NCBI RefSeq assembly: GCF_006345805.1
Contig: NC_042997.1
Location: forward strand, 137,888,001-137,952,000
DNA from: Octopus sinensis
Taxonomy: Eukaryota
Direction of reading: 5' to 3'
DNA: 64,000 bases
Shown here: positions 1 through 11,768 of the stretch, in pieces
Layout: every line of letters begins with the position of its first letter
How positions within the stretch are numbered: position 1 is the first letter of the stretch
Notes under the pieces: generated by a model
Database searches by the model: none
What the model was told of the DNA's origin: nothing
The model's input: the letters and a program-made list of their open reading frames with translations, nothing else
Program-made: the position numbers and the translations under genes

Positions 1-31
1 TTTCTTTTATATTTTCTTAATTTTTGTTTAG

Positions 32-75
32 TCCTGATGGAAATTATGTGATATATTCCAGTTGGTCTGACTGCA
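32..75 (+). CDS. DCAF11: DCAF11/WDR23 internal coding exon (first visible in window)
   Basis: tttag acceptor (AG 30-31) and GTAAG donor (76). Encodes (S)PDGNYVIYSSWSDC, matching the DCAF11 'FSPSGDHFVYSSWSDY' segment. Phase 1 end joins the next exon. Confidence 0.9.
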
Positions 76-240
76 GTAAGTCTTACAGCTTTTATTATTC
101 AAGAACCGTCAATATTATTTTGAATGTATTGTTTTATGTATATTTCAAAATATTTGAAACTAAATGCTTATTTTATATAGTCACAAGTATAATTTTTTTT
201 CGTTTTGTTTATTTAACGTCCTCTTATGCACATATTTCAG

Positions 241-364
241 TTCATTTGTGTAATATTCGAGGTGACCGTGATATCCACGAAGCCCTACCATTGTTTCCTG
301 GTAGAAGTACTTTCTGCATTTTTTCACTGACATTCTCTTCTGACAACAAGGAAATTCTTGGAGG
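241..364 (+). CDS. DCAF11: DCAF11 coding exon
   Basis: tttcag acceptor, GTAAGC donor. IHLCNIRGDRDIHEALPLFPGRSTFCIFSLTFSSDNKEILGG resembles DCAF11 IHICNIYGEGDTHTALDL...FSIAVSSDGREVLGG. Confidence 0.93.
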
Positions 365-1928
365 GTAAGCATGAAGTTTCTTCTTCCATTCATCATCATC
401 ATCATCATTATCATCATAATGCTTTAAAGTTTGTTTTCCATGCTGGCATGCATTGGACGGTTTGACCAAAGCTGACAAGCTGCACCAAGTCCCAGTCAGA
501 TTTGGCTTGGTTTCTACAGCTTGATGCCCCTCCTAATGCCAACTACTTTACAGTGTATGCTGGGTGCTTTTAACGTGCCACCGGCATGAGTGCTTTTACA
601 TGGCACTAGCATGATTGCTTATTATGTGGCACAGGACTCTTGCAGGCCAATCCTCTTCACCAGGGAATGTGGCCTTAACACTTCTGCTCTGGAAGACGGG
701 TCTTCTTGAGTACAGCAAGGCACTAGGTATCTTGGTCCTTTGTCAGCTTCTGAAATTCACTGTAATTATAACTTCAGTCTTCTTCCTTACATCTTGAACC
801 ATTTTGAAACATATTACTCTATGATAGACATCTCATTTGAAAATATATCGTATGCTGTCATTCTTACTTTACTTCAATAATTAACCTGAACTAGTTATTT
901 TTTTTCTGTCATTCAACTCAATATTGATGCAACTAAGTTATTTTTTAATTAAATCTTTAAATATGGGCTCACCTATTCAATGTTCTAAATACTCTAATAA
1001 CATGCTTAATTTAGAGTTTTGCTATGACTGGAAATTGACTTGAACGATAAAGTTCTATTGAAATTTAATATGATCTCAGGAGGATAGTTTATTCCAGCAG
1101 TTCCTAAACTTATTTTACCATGGAACCTTTACCTATATTTTATGGACAGCCACTGACACCAAAATTTAAATAAGATGTTTTAAATGAAGCAAATATTGCT
1201 TTATAGAGAAAATACATTCATATAAAATGTAAAAAAAAAAACAAAACAAAAAAAACTATTTACCATATATACTGGTTTATAAGATGTGACAAGAAATTGG
1301 CATACATTGAATGTGACTGTATTAAGGCTGGAATACCGAGTGTATAACTGTATGATGAAACATTAACTTTGTTTTCTCCACAAAATATACTTATATGCCA
1401 GTAAATACAGCAATAACATTATTTTGAAATAGCAGACGCCATTCTTTATTTTATTTTTTTTTTTTGCATAAAATAAATTTTTATTAAAAGACCCCTTTTC
1501 TTGCAGAATCTCAGAATTTTGCCTCAGAACCTACTTAAAGAAGCACTGATCTGATCTATCAGGGCAAATTTCATTAAATATCCTATTCTTGTACTAGCAA
1601 AACATTCCCTGTAATTATAAAAAGAATCCCCAAAATTTGAAGTAGAACTTTTCACAGCCAGGTGGTCATCCTTAATACCAGTGTTTCATATTTGTGAGTG
1701 TCCCTGATTTGTTGCCAAAAACATTTCTCACTGGAGCATGTAGCTTATACTGATGTTATCATTTGTCCCTTTGCTAGTATGAATACAGTCTGCATTCAAA
1801 CTCACTGAAACCACTCTTAAGGTGTCATATTCAAAGAAGCCATTATCTTACATATCTTTCTATTATTTTTCTACCATTTTAACTTAATACCTTGCCATTT
1901 TTAAAAGTAAACTTTCACTATTTTCCAG

Positions 1929-1986
1929 TGCAAACTGTGGTAATTTTTATGTGTATGATTTAGAGAGAAACCAGAAGATATTAACA
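1929..1986 (+). CDS. DCAF11: DCAF11 coding exon (58 nt)
   Basis: ttttccag acceptor, GTAAGT donor. (G)ANCGNFYVYDLERNQKILT matches GANDGCLYVFDREQNRRTL. Phases 2/0 fit both neighbours. Confidence 0.9.
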
Positions 1987-2482
1987 GTAAGTCATTTTGC
2001 AAGACTTTACTTCTTCTCTTCCAGTCACTGAGTACAAATGAAAAAGAATCATATGTACGTGTGTACATGTGCTTGTGTATTTGTGTGTGTGTGTGTGTGT
2101 ATGTGTGTGTGAGAGAGAGGGTCTGTATATGCCTATCTACCCATTTCCCATATATACATGAGTGAGTGGACAAACAAAAGACAGAAGCACACAACACATT
2201 TGGAAGGAGTGCATATATTAGTAGTCCATAACAATTTGATTTGACTACATGCAACTTTAAGTAACTGTAGGCTCATTACAGAACATAGCTCCTTAGGCCT
2301 CAGGAGCTAGTTTCATGTGATGAACCTACAAAAGTTGCATGGAGCCAAATCAAACTACTATTAAATACTAGTATATATATGCGCGCACATATACACACAC
2401 AAATGTGATGGGCTTTTTTCATTTAGTATCTACCAAATCAGATCTGGTCAGTAGCCTTCAACAGGTTGTTTCATAGAAACCT

Positions 2483-2650
2483 CTAGTTGTCTTCTGCATC
2501 ATGTGATGCTATATCCCCCTCTATTTCGTCAAAAGCTTCACGTAATACATCTCTAAATCTCTGTCCATTCGCAGGATCCCTAAGCTTCCAGACACTTCTC
2601 CATGCTGGCCGTCTTCTGGGCATCCATTTACTCTGATCCTGAAGGGCTAT
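2483..2650 (-). mobile_element. Short RTE ORF2 fragment
   Basis: RRPAWRSVWKLRDPANGQRFRDVLREAFDEIEGDIASHDAEDN is homologous to the post-endonuclease segment seen at 45800-46250. Confidence 0.7.
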
Positions 2651-3095
2651 ATATATATATATATCAACCTGACATATATATATGATGCAGACATAGCTAT
2701 AGGGTAAGAAGTTTGGATGGCCCAGGGCTATAGAAGACACTTGTCCAAAGAGCTGTGCAGAGGGACTGTACCCAAGAGCATATGGTCGGGAACCAAGCTT
2801 TTTAACTACACAGTCATGTCATCACCTATATATATACACACACACACACATGCATATATTCTTTTATTGGTTTCAGCCACTGAAACCATGCCCATGCTAG
2901 AGCACTGCCTTCAAGGGTTTCAGGTGACTATATTCATTGGAGTGCTTCACCCAGTACTTGATGACATGACTGTGTGGTTGAGAAGTCCCTCTGCATAGCA
3001 CTTTGAGCAAGTGTCTTCTACTATAGCCCTGGGCCATCCAAGACTTTGTGAATGGATTTGGTAGATAGAAACTGAAAAGAGCCTGTCATATAAAC

Positions 3096-3323
3096 CAACG
3101 GTTTACAACCAGGGTCCACAGTATTATTTTAAGGGTCCATTACAAGAGTCTGTTAGGTTTCTTTCTCTAACATTTTAAATAGCGCATCCTATATGTGAAT
3201 GTTTGATGAACAAAATAGGAATTTTGAAAGAAGTACCTATAAAACTCAAATGGCCATGGGCGTCCACCAGTATAAAATAGTAATCAAAGGGGTCCGTAGA
3301 TGAAAAATGGTTGAGAACCACTG
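3096..3323. mobile_element. hAT-type MITE
   Basis: Degenerate CAACGGTTTACAACC ... GGTTGAGAACCACTG termini; flanks atataaac/ttgtaaac resemble an eroded 8-bp TSD. Similar ends at 54604-54868 and 57319-57559. Confidence 0.55.
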
Positions 3324-5742
3324 TTGTAAACGGACATCAATCAGTTATTATTGTTCGTTTCCATTCTTCTGTGAAAAAGATGAGAAAATATTACCTTGCT
3401 TGGAAACAGTTGAAGGTTGGCAACAAGAAGGGTGACCAGCTGTAGAAAATCTGCCACAACAAATTTCGCCTGATCCATGCAAGCATGGAAAAGTGAACAT
3501 TAAAACGATGATTATGATTGTGTATGTGTGTGTGTGTGGGGGGGGGTATTGTGACCCATTATACACAATACTTTTTTAAAATTTCATTTTGAATTTCTTT
3601 GGTCCAGTAAACTCAGCAATAACGATTGACTAATATTTTGTGTTACTGTGAATGAAGTAAGAATGTGCATAAAGTATGTATTATTGGATGCATTGATCAG
3701 AGGTATTCCAGTCATGACCATCTTGTCTTTTCCTTATGTGCAAAGAACGCAAGACCCATATAATGCAGTGTGTCCCTTTCTAAGATAGTGGTATGTTATC
3801 TGTGGGACATTTAGCTACTACTTCTTACCGCTAGAGCGTCCATGTAGAGACTACTTTGGCTCCTATGGACATGTTTGTGTTATACTTGCGTAAAGCTGAT
3901 GTAAAGTCTGAAGATGGAGGTGGGGGGGACTTATAGAAGGGAGATCACTCTCTAAAGGGACGTGACTCTATTGAACTTGTTAAAATTAGTACTATATTAT
4001 GTATGAGAGTCAATATAATTGACTAAAAGCTCTTGAAGGCACTGAGTCAGTATGTCAGCAGTCCATTAACTGAAACCAATGAAAGAATATAGTCTTGAAA
4101 CACCTCGTGTGTATATAAACTGAATACAGGCATAAATAGAAGATAGCTGAATAACAGGGGTTGACTGTATGCATGGTTTGAGCATGTACTCAATTAGCTA
4201 TACACAATTTTTAATTTTGTGCCAATGTGAGACGGGGAGAGAGAGAGTTGGGAGATTATTGTTGAAATCAGGAAATATATATTCGTTAGTAAGTAAAGAT
4301 AAATTCAACTGTACTTTGCATCAATGCTAATTGATTCCACCTAGTAAATTTAATCTGTTGTTCAGTTTAATACCACCAACCTACCCTAGGGTGTCTCTAG
4401 AAGAGTCCAAGATAAAAATCTTGTGAATGGACAACAAAAACTTGAAATGCTGGGGTCATTACAAGTACAGATACAAGGCTAGTATTGGGGTTTATGAAGT
4501 AAGAAAAAGAACAAAAACAGATAATGATAAAATATAAGTAAAAAAATCCCCAGTAGTGAGAATGGCCACCTGATGCCAATCAAAGAACTCTACACGAAGA
4601 GTAAGTGTTTTATCCCAACTGACAGTTTCCAGTCTAGAAGTTTATGTTGAGATGAGGTCCATTCTCCTGTTGCAGTGGCTACATAGAATAAAGGAGGTAT
4701 GGTAGTAGGCCCACATTGTGTCTTAGGACTCATAAGGGCAGAGTTGAACTCTATTTCCATGATGTATTAGTAACTGAGATTATAATATTAGCCCCTGAAC
4801 AGGTCATTGGCCCATTGCAGGGTTTACTTCGTAACTATTTACTGGAACTCATTGACAGCTGAGTGAACTGGAGCAACATGAAATGAAGTGTTTTGCTCAA
4901 GAATGCAATGCACTACCTGGCTCAGGAACCAAAACCATGGCCCTACAATCATGAATGCAACACTCTAACTGCTATGCCATACCCCTTCACTAGAGAAGGT
5001 ATGGTAGAGTGGTAGAATTGTTGCAGTGTTGGACTAAATGCTTTGTGACATTAATGTTCAGAGTTAAAATTCTTCTGAGATCAATTTTGCCTTCCATACT
5101 TTCAGGGTCAATGAAATCAAATGCTAATTGAATACTTTGTTGATCTAATAGACTTTACCCTACTCTCACCTTCATTTTTAGCTTTGTACTTATGCTAGAA
5201 AATATTATTATTCAAGTATAGGAGTCAATATAATTGACTACCTTCTCCTCTATATTTCTGACCTTGTGTCTATGTAAGAAATTATTATTATTTTATTATT
5301 AATGTCCCATGATCCACTGCCCTTTTGGCAAATAAACCATTGGTCAAGTCATTGAAAGATCACTCCACAATCTTCCTTTAGTTAAGATAGTCAGGCAGTG
5401 TTCCCTGTTCAGGGGCTTTGGTGAAGGAGATTCTGTGGTGGATACACTTAAAAGGACTGAAGACGGACTCCTTCCTCTTGACCTTTTCATGGACTTTTTC
5501 AAGGTCAATAAAATAACTAACTGCTTATTGCTAAGGCCTATTAAATCAACTATACAGTTGAATCTAAAAAAAGGAAGGACACATCAGACAATGTAATTCT
5601 AGATATACACAAAGACAAGATTGATATATATATGACATCTTTGATCACACTACAGCAACAACTACACCTACTTAAAATTGTTGGACTTGTGTCAATGTTA
5701 GAAACCATTGTTGTTGTCAATGTACTTTTTTGTGATTTATAG

Positions 5743-5835
5743 ATCAAAGCACATGGTGATGATGTTAATGCAGTAAAATTTGCAGATGATAGTTCCCAGA
5801 TATTGTTCACAGGAGGAGATGATGGATTCTGTAAG
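5743..5835 (+). CDS. DCAF11: DCAF11 coding exon (WD40 repeat)
   Basis: ttatag acceptor, GTAAGA donor. IKAHGDDVNAVKFADDSSQILFTGGDDGFCK, 31 codons. Confidence 0.95.
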
Positions 5836-6421
5836 GTAAGAAATAAAATAAATACATTTAGATTTTTACTGACACTTCTTTGTAACTTTCTCCATTGGAA
5901 ATGCTGTCAACCAGTGATTAACTCACAAGAGATCTATAACCAATGATGTTGTTACTTACAGAATGCATGATATAAAATAATAATAGTAAATACACATATA
6001 ATCTAGCACATTGATATACACTTCTAAAATATTGAAATCAGCACTTATTTAATACAGGATTATAAAGGATTTATAAATTTTATTGTGAAACATATTATAG
6101 CACGTACTCACAACTTCTAAATATGCATTGAAACATATAATCATATTCTTTCTAATGTCATTTACAATCCTATTCATTTAAGTATTCACATTTCTGTTGT
6201 ATATTCTTCTACATACCTAAGAAGATACATATTATAAACATAGTTATATGTGCCATTTTTATACACACACACACACACACACACAATTATACTCACATAC
6301 ATAAGATATTCACAAGAACATGCATACACTCACACATTAAACAGTTCACCAGTCAAGATTTAATTGCTTGTCCAAATTGTATGATTGACTTCAACTTTGA
6401 TCCTTCTTGTTTAACTTTCAG

Positions 6422-6514
6422 GTTTGGGATCGGCGTACCCTGAATGAAAACAATCCAAATCCAGTTGGAGTGTTTAGTGGACATGCTGGTGGCATCACAT
6501 ATATAGATTCCCGG
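6422..6514 (+). CDS. DCAF11: DCAF11 coding exon (WD40 repeat)
   Basis: tttcag acceptor, GTAATG donor. VWDRRTLNENNPNPVGVFSGHAGGITYIDSR; contains the WDRR (WDxR) motif. Confidence 0.95.
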
Positions 6515-7613
6515 GTAATGTCCATCTTATACAATTCTTTTCTCATCTTGTTGCATGCATTCAGCAAAATTTGTTGTGTTTTAAGTGAGCTACAAAGGTT
6601 TAGTGGATGGGTTGCTGGGCTTTTGAATTGACATTATACTGAAGGCACAATCTCTGGCTCAAAACCATTAACATTACTTGACTAAAATGTAATTATTATT
6701 TAACCTTTAGCATTCAGATTATTCTGTCAAATGTAATACTTGTCTATTCACATTGTTTTGAATTAATCATGCATTAAGCTTCAAGATTTCGATGATGTGA
6801 TTGTTTAATATTAGAATGACATTGTAGGCTAGGTGTGAGAGGCCAGTTTAAACATTAAACAGAATATTTGGGTTGAATATGGCTGGTTTAAATGCCAAAG
6901 GATTTGGCAAAATAGCAAAGAAGCCTCAATGTGGTCACTCAGCTTTCTAGAATTAACAAATTTCCTGGATAATTTAGTCCTGAATTTAATGTACCAGAAA
7001 AAAATAGACAGCATGGTCTATTTGTATTCTCTTTTTATTCATGTGTACTTTTAATCACAAGTGATTAACTAAACTGAAGTAATTAATATTTAATCATAAG
7101 TACAGCCTTGTACTACGTAGGGTGCCAACATGGCTATGTGGTAATAAACTTGCTTCCCAACCATGTGCTCTTGGATTCCGTCCCACTGCACAGCATCTTG
7201 GGTGTCTTTCACTATAGCTCTAGGTCAACCAAAGCTCTTGCAAGCAGATTTAGTTGACAAAAACTGAAAGAAGCCCATCATGTGTGTGTGAGTGTGTTTA
7301 TCCTCACACTACTGCTTTACAACTGGTGTTGGTTTGTTTATGTCCCCTCAATTTAGCTGTTTGGCAAAAGAAGACTGATTGAAAAAGTGCAAGTCTTAAA
7401 AATAAGTACTGGGGTTGATTTGTTCAACTAAGCCCTTCAAGGTAGTGCTCCAGCAAGGCCACAGTCTAACAACTGAAATAAGTAAAAATATAAAAGATAT
7501 TATTTGCTATGTTACTATATTTTGTGTAATTTAACAGTTTTAAATTGAACTGGACATAATTATGATAATTATTTTGAATGAAACATTAAACTAGAAAATT
7601 TTATGTTTTTTAG

Positions 7614-7703
7614 GGTGATTCTCGGTACTTGATATCCAATTCTAAAGACCAGACAATAAAACTGTGGGACATACGAAAATTTTCTACAGAAGAGGGTATC
7701 AAG
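7614..7703 (+). CDS. DCAF11: DCAF11 coding exon (WD40 repeat)
   Basis: tttttag acceptor, GTAATT donor. GDSRYLISNSKDQTIKLWDIRKFSTEEGIK is near-identical to DCAF11 GDARYLISNSKDQTIKLWDIR (WDxR motif). Confidence 0.96.
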
Positions 7704-8507
7704 GTAATTTCATTTCTGATCTGTGATTCATTCCTGAAGCTGATTGTCAAGTTCTCTGGTAGATGTTTGGATTTTTGTAATCATCATTATCATTATCATC
7801 ATCATCACCATCATCACCACCATCATCGTCATCAGTTTCTAATAATGATAATATAAAAACTAAAGTTCAGGATTACCATTGGCAGCCTATATCTGAAGAA
7901 CGTAAGCATACCTTTAAAACACTTTTTCATGCACAGAATCTTGCTTTCAATTTATACAATTTCTGAAATTTGTTTTAGTGAAACCACAAATCCAACTCAC
8001 TGGAAAAATCACTTTTCTAAAACCATTTGCAAATATATATATTAGTGTAACTTTTCCTTTTCTGATAGTTTGGGAAATGGATATAAAAGATAAAAAAACC
8101 ACCTTTCTACATTTTTGTTATGTAATTAGAGAAGGAGTTGTGATATCCATTAAGAGATATAGATCTTCTAGTGGATTTGTTTGGTGTTCAGCTTAAATTC
8201 CTGTGGCTTGACCCATACGTGAGAAAGTGGGTAGAGATGTTGTAGAGCTGGGTAGAAATGCATAGTTCAAAATGCTAGAAGCATTATTCTTCAAAATTAT
8301 TTAGGACAAAAAAGCAAAAAATGGCAGAAGAGATTGACAAATGCATTGCAGACCTGTTTTGCATATTGTTGATTGAATGTTTGCAAATCAACTATAGAGG
8401 CTGCAGTCTAGGATGTCCGAGTGTGCTGCAGCAATACTGTTCCAAATATGTAAACAGTACTAGAATATGGGTCACAGCTGAGCTCTGTGGAGAGTCAGCA
8501 ATTGATA

Positions 8508-8881
8508 TGTAGTGACCCCTGGCAGTTATGACTGCAAGCAAAATGGAAAAGGGATGTAATGAGAGTAATCTCCCTCAATTTTCTAGAATGTTCGAGATTC
8601 TTTGGGAAACTCCCGGTTTTACGTGGAAGTCAGGGACTTCTGTTCCGTCCTTATATAAAGGAAAGAAATTCTAAATTCACGCCATTCAGTACCTTTGGGT
8701 TCTTCAACACGTACTGGATTGAGCTGCCATACTTCACGCCCACTCGCACACTCATTTGCCTTTCTTACTTGGAGACATTTGACTGCAAACAGAACATATT
8801 CATGTAATGTTATAAGTTTCCTTCTATTAACCTTGTATATGAATACATTACTTCCAGTAATAAAAGTTATGACTTACTACA
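8508..8881 (+). mobile_element. Possible solo LTR in DCAF11 intron
   Basis: TGTAGT...ACTACA inverted termini, TATATAAA 8652-8659, AATAAA 8859-8864, and a CpG-richer interior. No clear TSD. Confidence 0.4.
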
Positions 8882-9442
8882 AGTGTTTCGTGAATTTCTA
8901 TCTTCTTGTTGTTATGAGCTGAAACAGTGACTTCATTTTCTCTTATACTGACTAAATTATAGTGTGTCATTAAGCCAATATTACCACCAAAAATGGATAA
9001 CCCCGACATCACTATAGATCTAAGGTGTAAGCCTAGCATTTTGAATGTTCTTTTCTCAATATTATACATGTATGGTCACTATGAAGTTCACCAGAAATTG
9101 TATTTGAAATGACTTTAGAGAGTTATAAGTCAGTATTATTCATGAATATTTTTGACATGTGGAGTGAGTGTATAGTAAAAGTTGTGTGTATTAGGAGTCT
9201 TTTGGTACTGTTGAAGAAACTCAGTTTATCATTCCCATGTTTTGAATACTGGAGAATTTCGAAATGCTCCTGGCAAGTCAAATCAACAGCTTGCTTTAAA
9301 TTTCTGATTGGAGCCATTCCATATCACTTTAATTTCTAATGTTCTTAAGAAATGGTTGAACATCACAAAATTCCATTCCCTGTTTTTCTAAGACAACATG
9401 TCTTTGTAAGAAATTACAAATATCCAGTTTTCTTCCTTTCAG

Positions 9443-9506
9443 GCTACTGAAGCAGCTATCAGTTTCCAAAGGTGGGATTATCGTTGGCGGCCTATATCTC
9501 AGGAAA
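9443..9506 (+). CDS. DCAF11: DCAF11 coding exon (64 nt)
   Basis: tttcag acceptor, GTAAGT donor. ATEAAISFQRWDYRW..., with the WDYRW motif characteristic of DCAF11. Confidence 0.93.
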
Positions 9507-9616
9507 GTAAGTACACCCATAATACACACTTCTTGATGTACAGAATTTTGAAACTGTTAAACTACGTCAAATTTTGAAACTGTTAAATTTCACGAAATTT
9601 TTCAACTTTGTTTCAG

Positions 9617-9769
9617 TGAAATTACGAAAGCCTCTAACTGGAGACGTATCAGTTATGACTTACCGTGGGCATACTGTTTTGCACACATTGATTCGTTGCA
9701 AATTCTCTCCACGCTTCACTACGGGTCAAAGGTACATTTATTCTGGATGTGCAACAGGAAATGCATGTA
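9617..9769 (+). CDS. DCAF11: DCAF11 coding exon
   Basis: tttcag acceptor, GTAAGT donor. (M)KLRKPLTGDVSVMTYRGHTVLHTLIRCKFSPRFTTGQRYIYSGCATGNAC matches MTYRGHGVLHTLIRCRFSP...TGQQFIYSGCSTG. Confidence 0.96.
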
Positions 9770-10353
9770 GTAAGTACATACTTTTCCTTCATTTATTTTT
9801 CAATTTAATTTTTCTCTGAAATTTCATCTTCCTTTATGATCATCCAGTTTCCACTTTAAAATGAAAATCGGTTTAGTTTACATCACTTCTACAGAACCAT
9901 AGTGAGCTGTGGTAAGAAAATAAGTTGTAAGTGTTAAGACAGTATTCCTCTTCTAGGATGGTTGCACAGATGTTTAGTCTACTCATTCAACTACATCTCT
10001 AGGCATTACCATATCAAGATATAACAGACATTACGATGTTTTATCATTACAATGATAATCAAAGACTTTTTTGTCTTAACAGAATACTTTTGTAAAGAAG
10101 AGGCTTTGAAAGATGTATCACTTTTTTTAAAAAATCTAAATTGGTTTGGTTTAGAGGAAGTGAAGGTACATGGCCTAGTGATTATAATGTTGCACCCATG
10201 ATTGTAAGATCATGGTTTTGATTCATGGATAAGGTGATGCATTGTGTTCTTGAACAAAACACTTTGTTTCACACCGCTCCAGTCCACTCAGCTGTAAATG
10301 AGTAACCCTGTGACAGACTGGTACATACACACACACACCCATACATACATACG

Positions 10354-10399
<46 letters not shown>

Positions 10400-10837
10400 A
10401 TCATCATTATCATCGTTTAACATCCGCTTTCCATGCTAGCATGAGTTGGATGGATTGATTGAGAACTGGCAAGCCAGCAGACTGCACCAGGCTCCAATCT
10501 CATCTGTCATGGTTTCTACAGCTGGATGACCTTTCTAATGCTAACCACTCCAGGAGTGTTGTGGGTACGTTTTATGTGCCACCGACACAGTAGCCATTCA
10601 GGGGACAATGGCATTGATCAGGCTTGAATGGTACTTTTTACATGCCACTGGCATGGGTGCCAGGCAGGTGGCACTGGCACCAGCCATGCTTGAATGATGC
10701 TTTTTACATGCCGCCAGCACAAGTGCCAGTCAGGCAAAATATATATATATATATATATATATAAATTAGAAAAATTACTGATGATTAAGTAAATCTCTTT
10801 CTGTATCTTTCAATAAAACTAATTTTAATATTTTCAG

Positions 10838-10947
10838 TTTATGATGTTCTTACTGGAGAAATCGTGACAAAACTGTCCAATTGTCACAGCACATGTGTAC
10901 GAGATGTCTCATGGCATCCCACGAAAAACACAATAGTAACCACCTCA
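10838..10947 (+). CDS. DCAF11: DCAF11 coding exon
   Basis: ttttcag acceptor, GTAAGT donor. (I)YDVLTGEIVTKLSNCHSTCVRDVSWHPTKNTIVTTS matches VYDLLSG...ACVRDVSWHP. Confidence 0.95.
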
Positions 10948-11768
10948 GTAAGTAAAAATTTATTTCTTTTGCATTTGACTTAAGTGATTTACTTTCTAGG
11001 TGCATGAATTACAGATAGCTTGTCTGCTGTGAGATGATAATTAAATTTCAATCTACTTGAAACTCACTCCTGTCTTTTGGCAACCATGCTTGGTGTGGTC
11101 TTTCACCCAGTTATCTAACTTCACTTCAGTTGACAGTTTTGACTAATTTGACAGTCTCTAAGTCAAGATAGCACCAGAATAATGTCATTTTAACCCTTTT
11201 GATACCAACCTGCCCAAAACCACTTTTGCTTCTATGATACAAATTGCATTTTAAAGTTATCTAAATTAAAACTTTCCATCAAAATTCCATGTTAATTTAT
11301 GTTCTAAACACAGCCTTGATAATCACCATCACCATCACCATCATCATCATTGTTTAACATCCGTTTTCCATGCAAGCATGGGTTGGACAGTTCAACCGAG
11401 GTCTGGGAAGCCAGGAGGCTGCACCAGTGTTTCTACAGCTTGATGTCCTTCCTAACGCCAACCACTCCATGAGTGTAGTGGGTGTTTTTTATGTGCCACT
11501 GGCAACAGGGGCCAGAGAAGGCTGGCAACGGCCATGATCGGTTGGTGCTTTTTACATGCCACCAGCACGGAAGCTGGTCAAGGCGACACTGGCAGCGGCC
11601 ACGTTCAGATGGTGTTTTTTACTTGCCACCGGCAAAGGTATCACAACTACAATTTCCATTTGATTTTTTTGATGTTGACAACATTATTTTACTAAAAACT
11701 TCATTATTTTTTAAATTCATTCAAATAAAGGTAGTCCTTTATAAAGGTAGTCATTCAAATAAAGGTAG

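Noticed and set aside
24-368. Single 114-aa ORF
   Set aside because: It is two DCAF11 exons plus a 165-nt intron that happens to be stop-free in that frame; canonical GT-AG sites restore homology.
9544-9590. 25-bp tandem duplication in a short DCAF11 intron (also a 22-bp one at 14568-14610)
   Set aside because: Ordinary slippage duplications with no sign of function.
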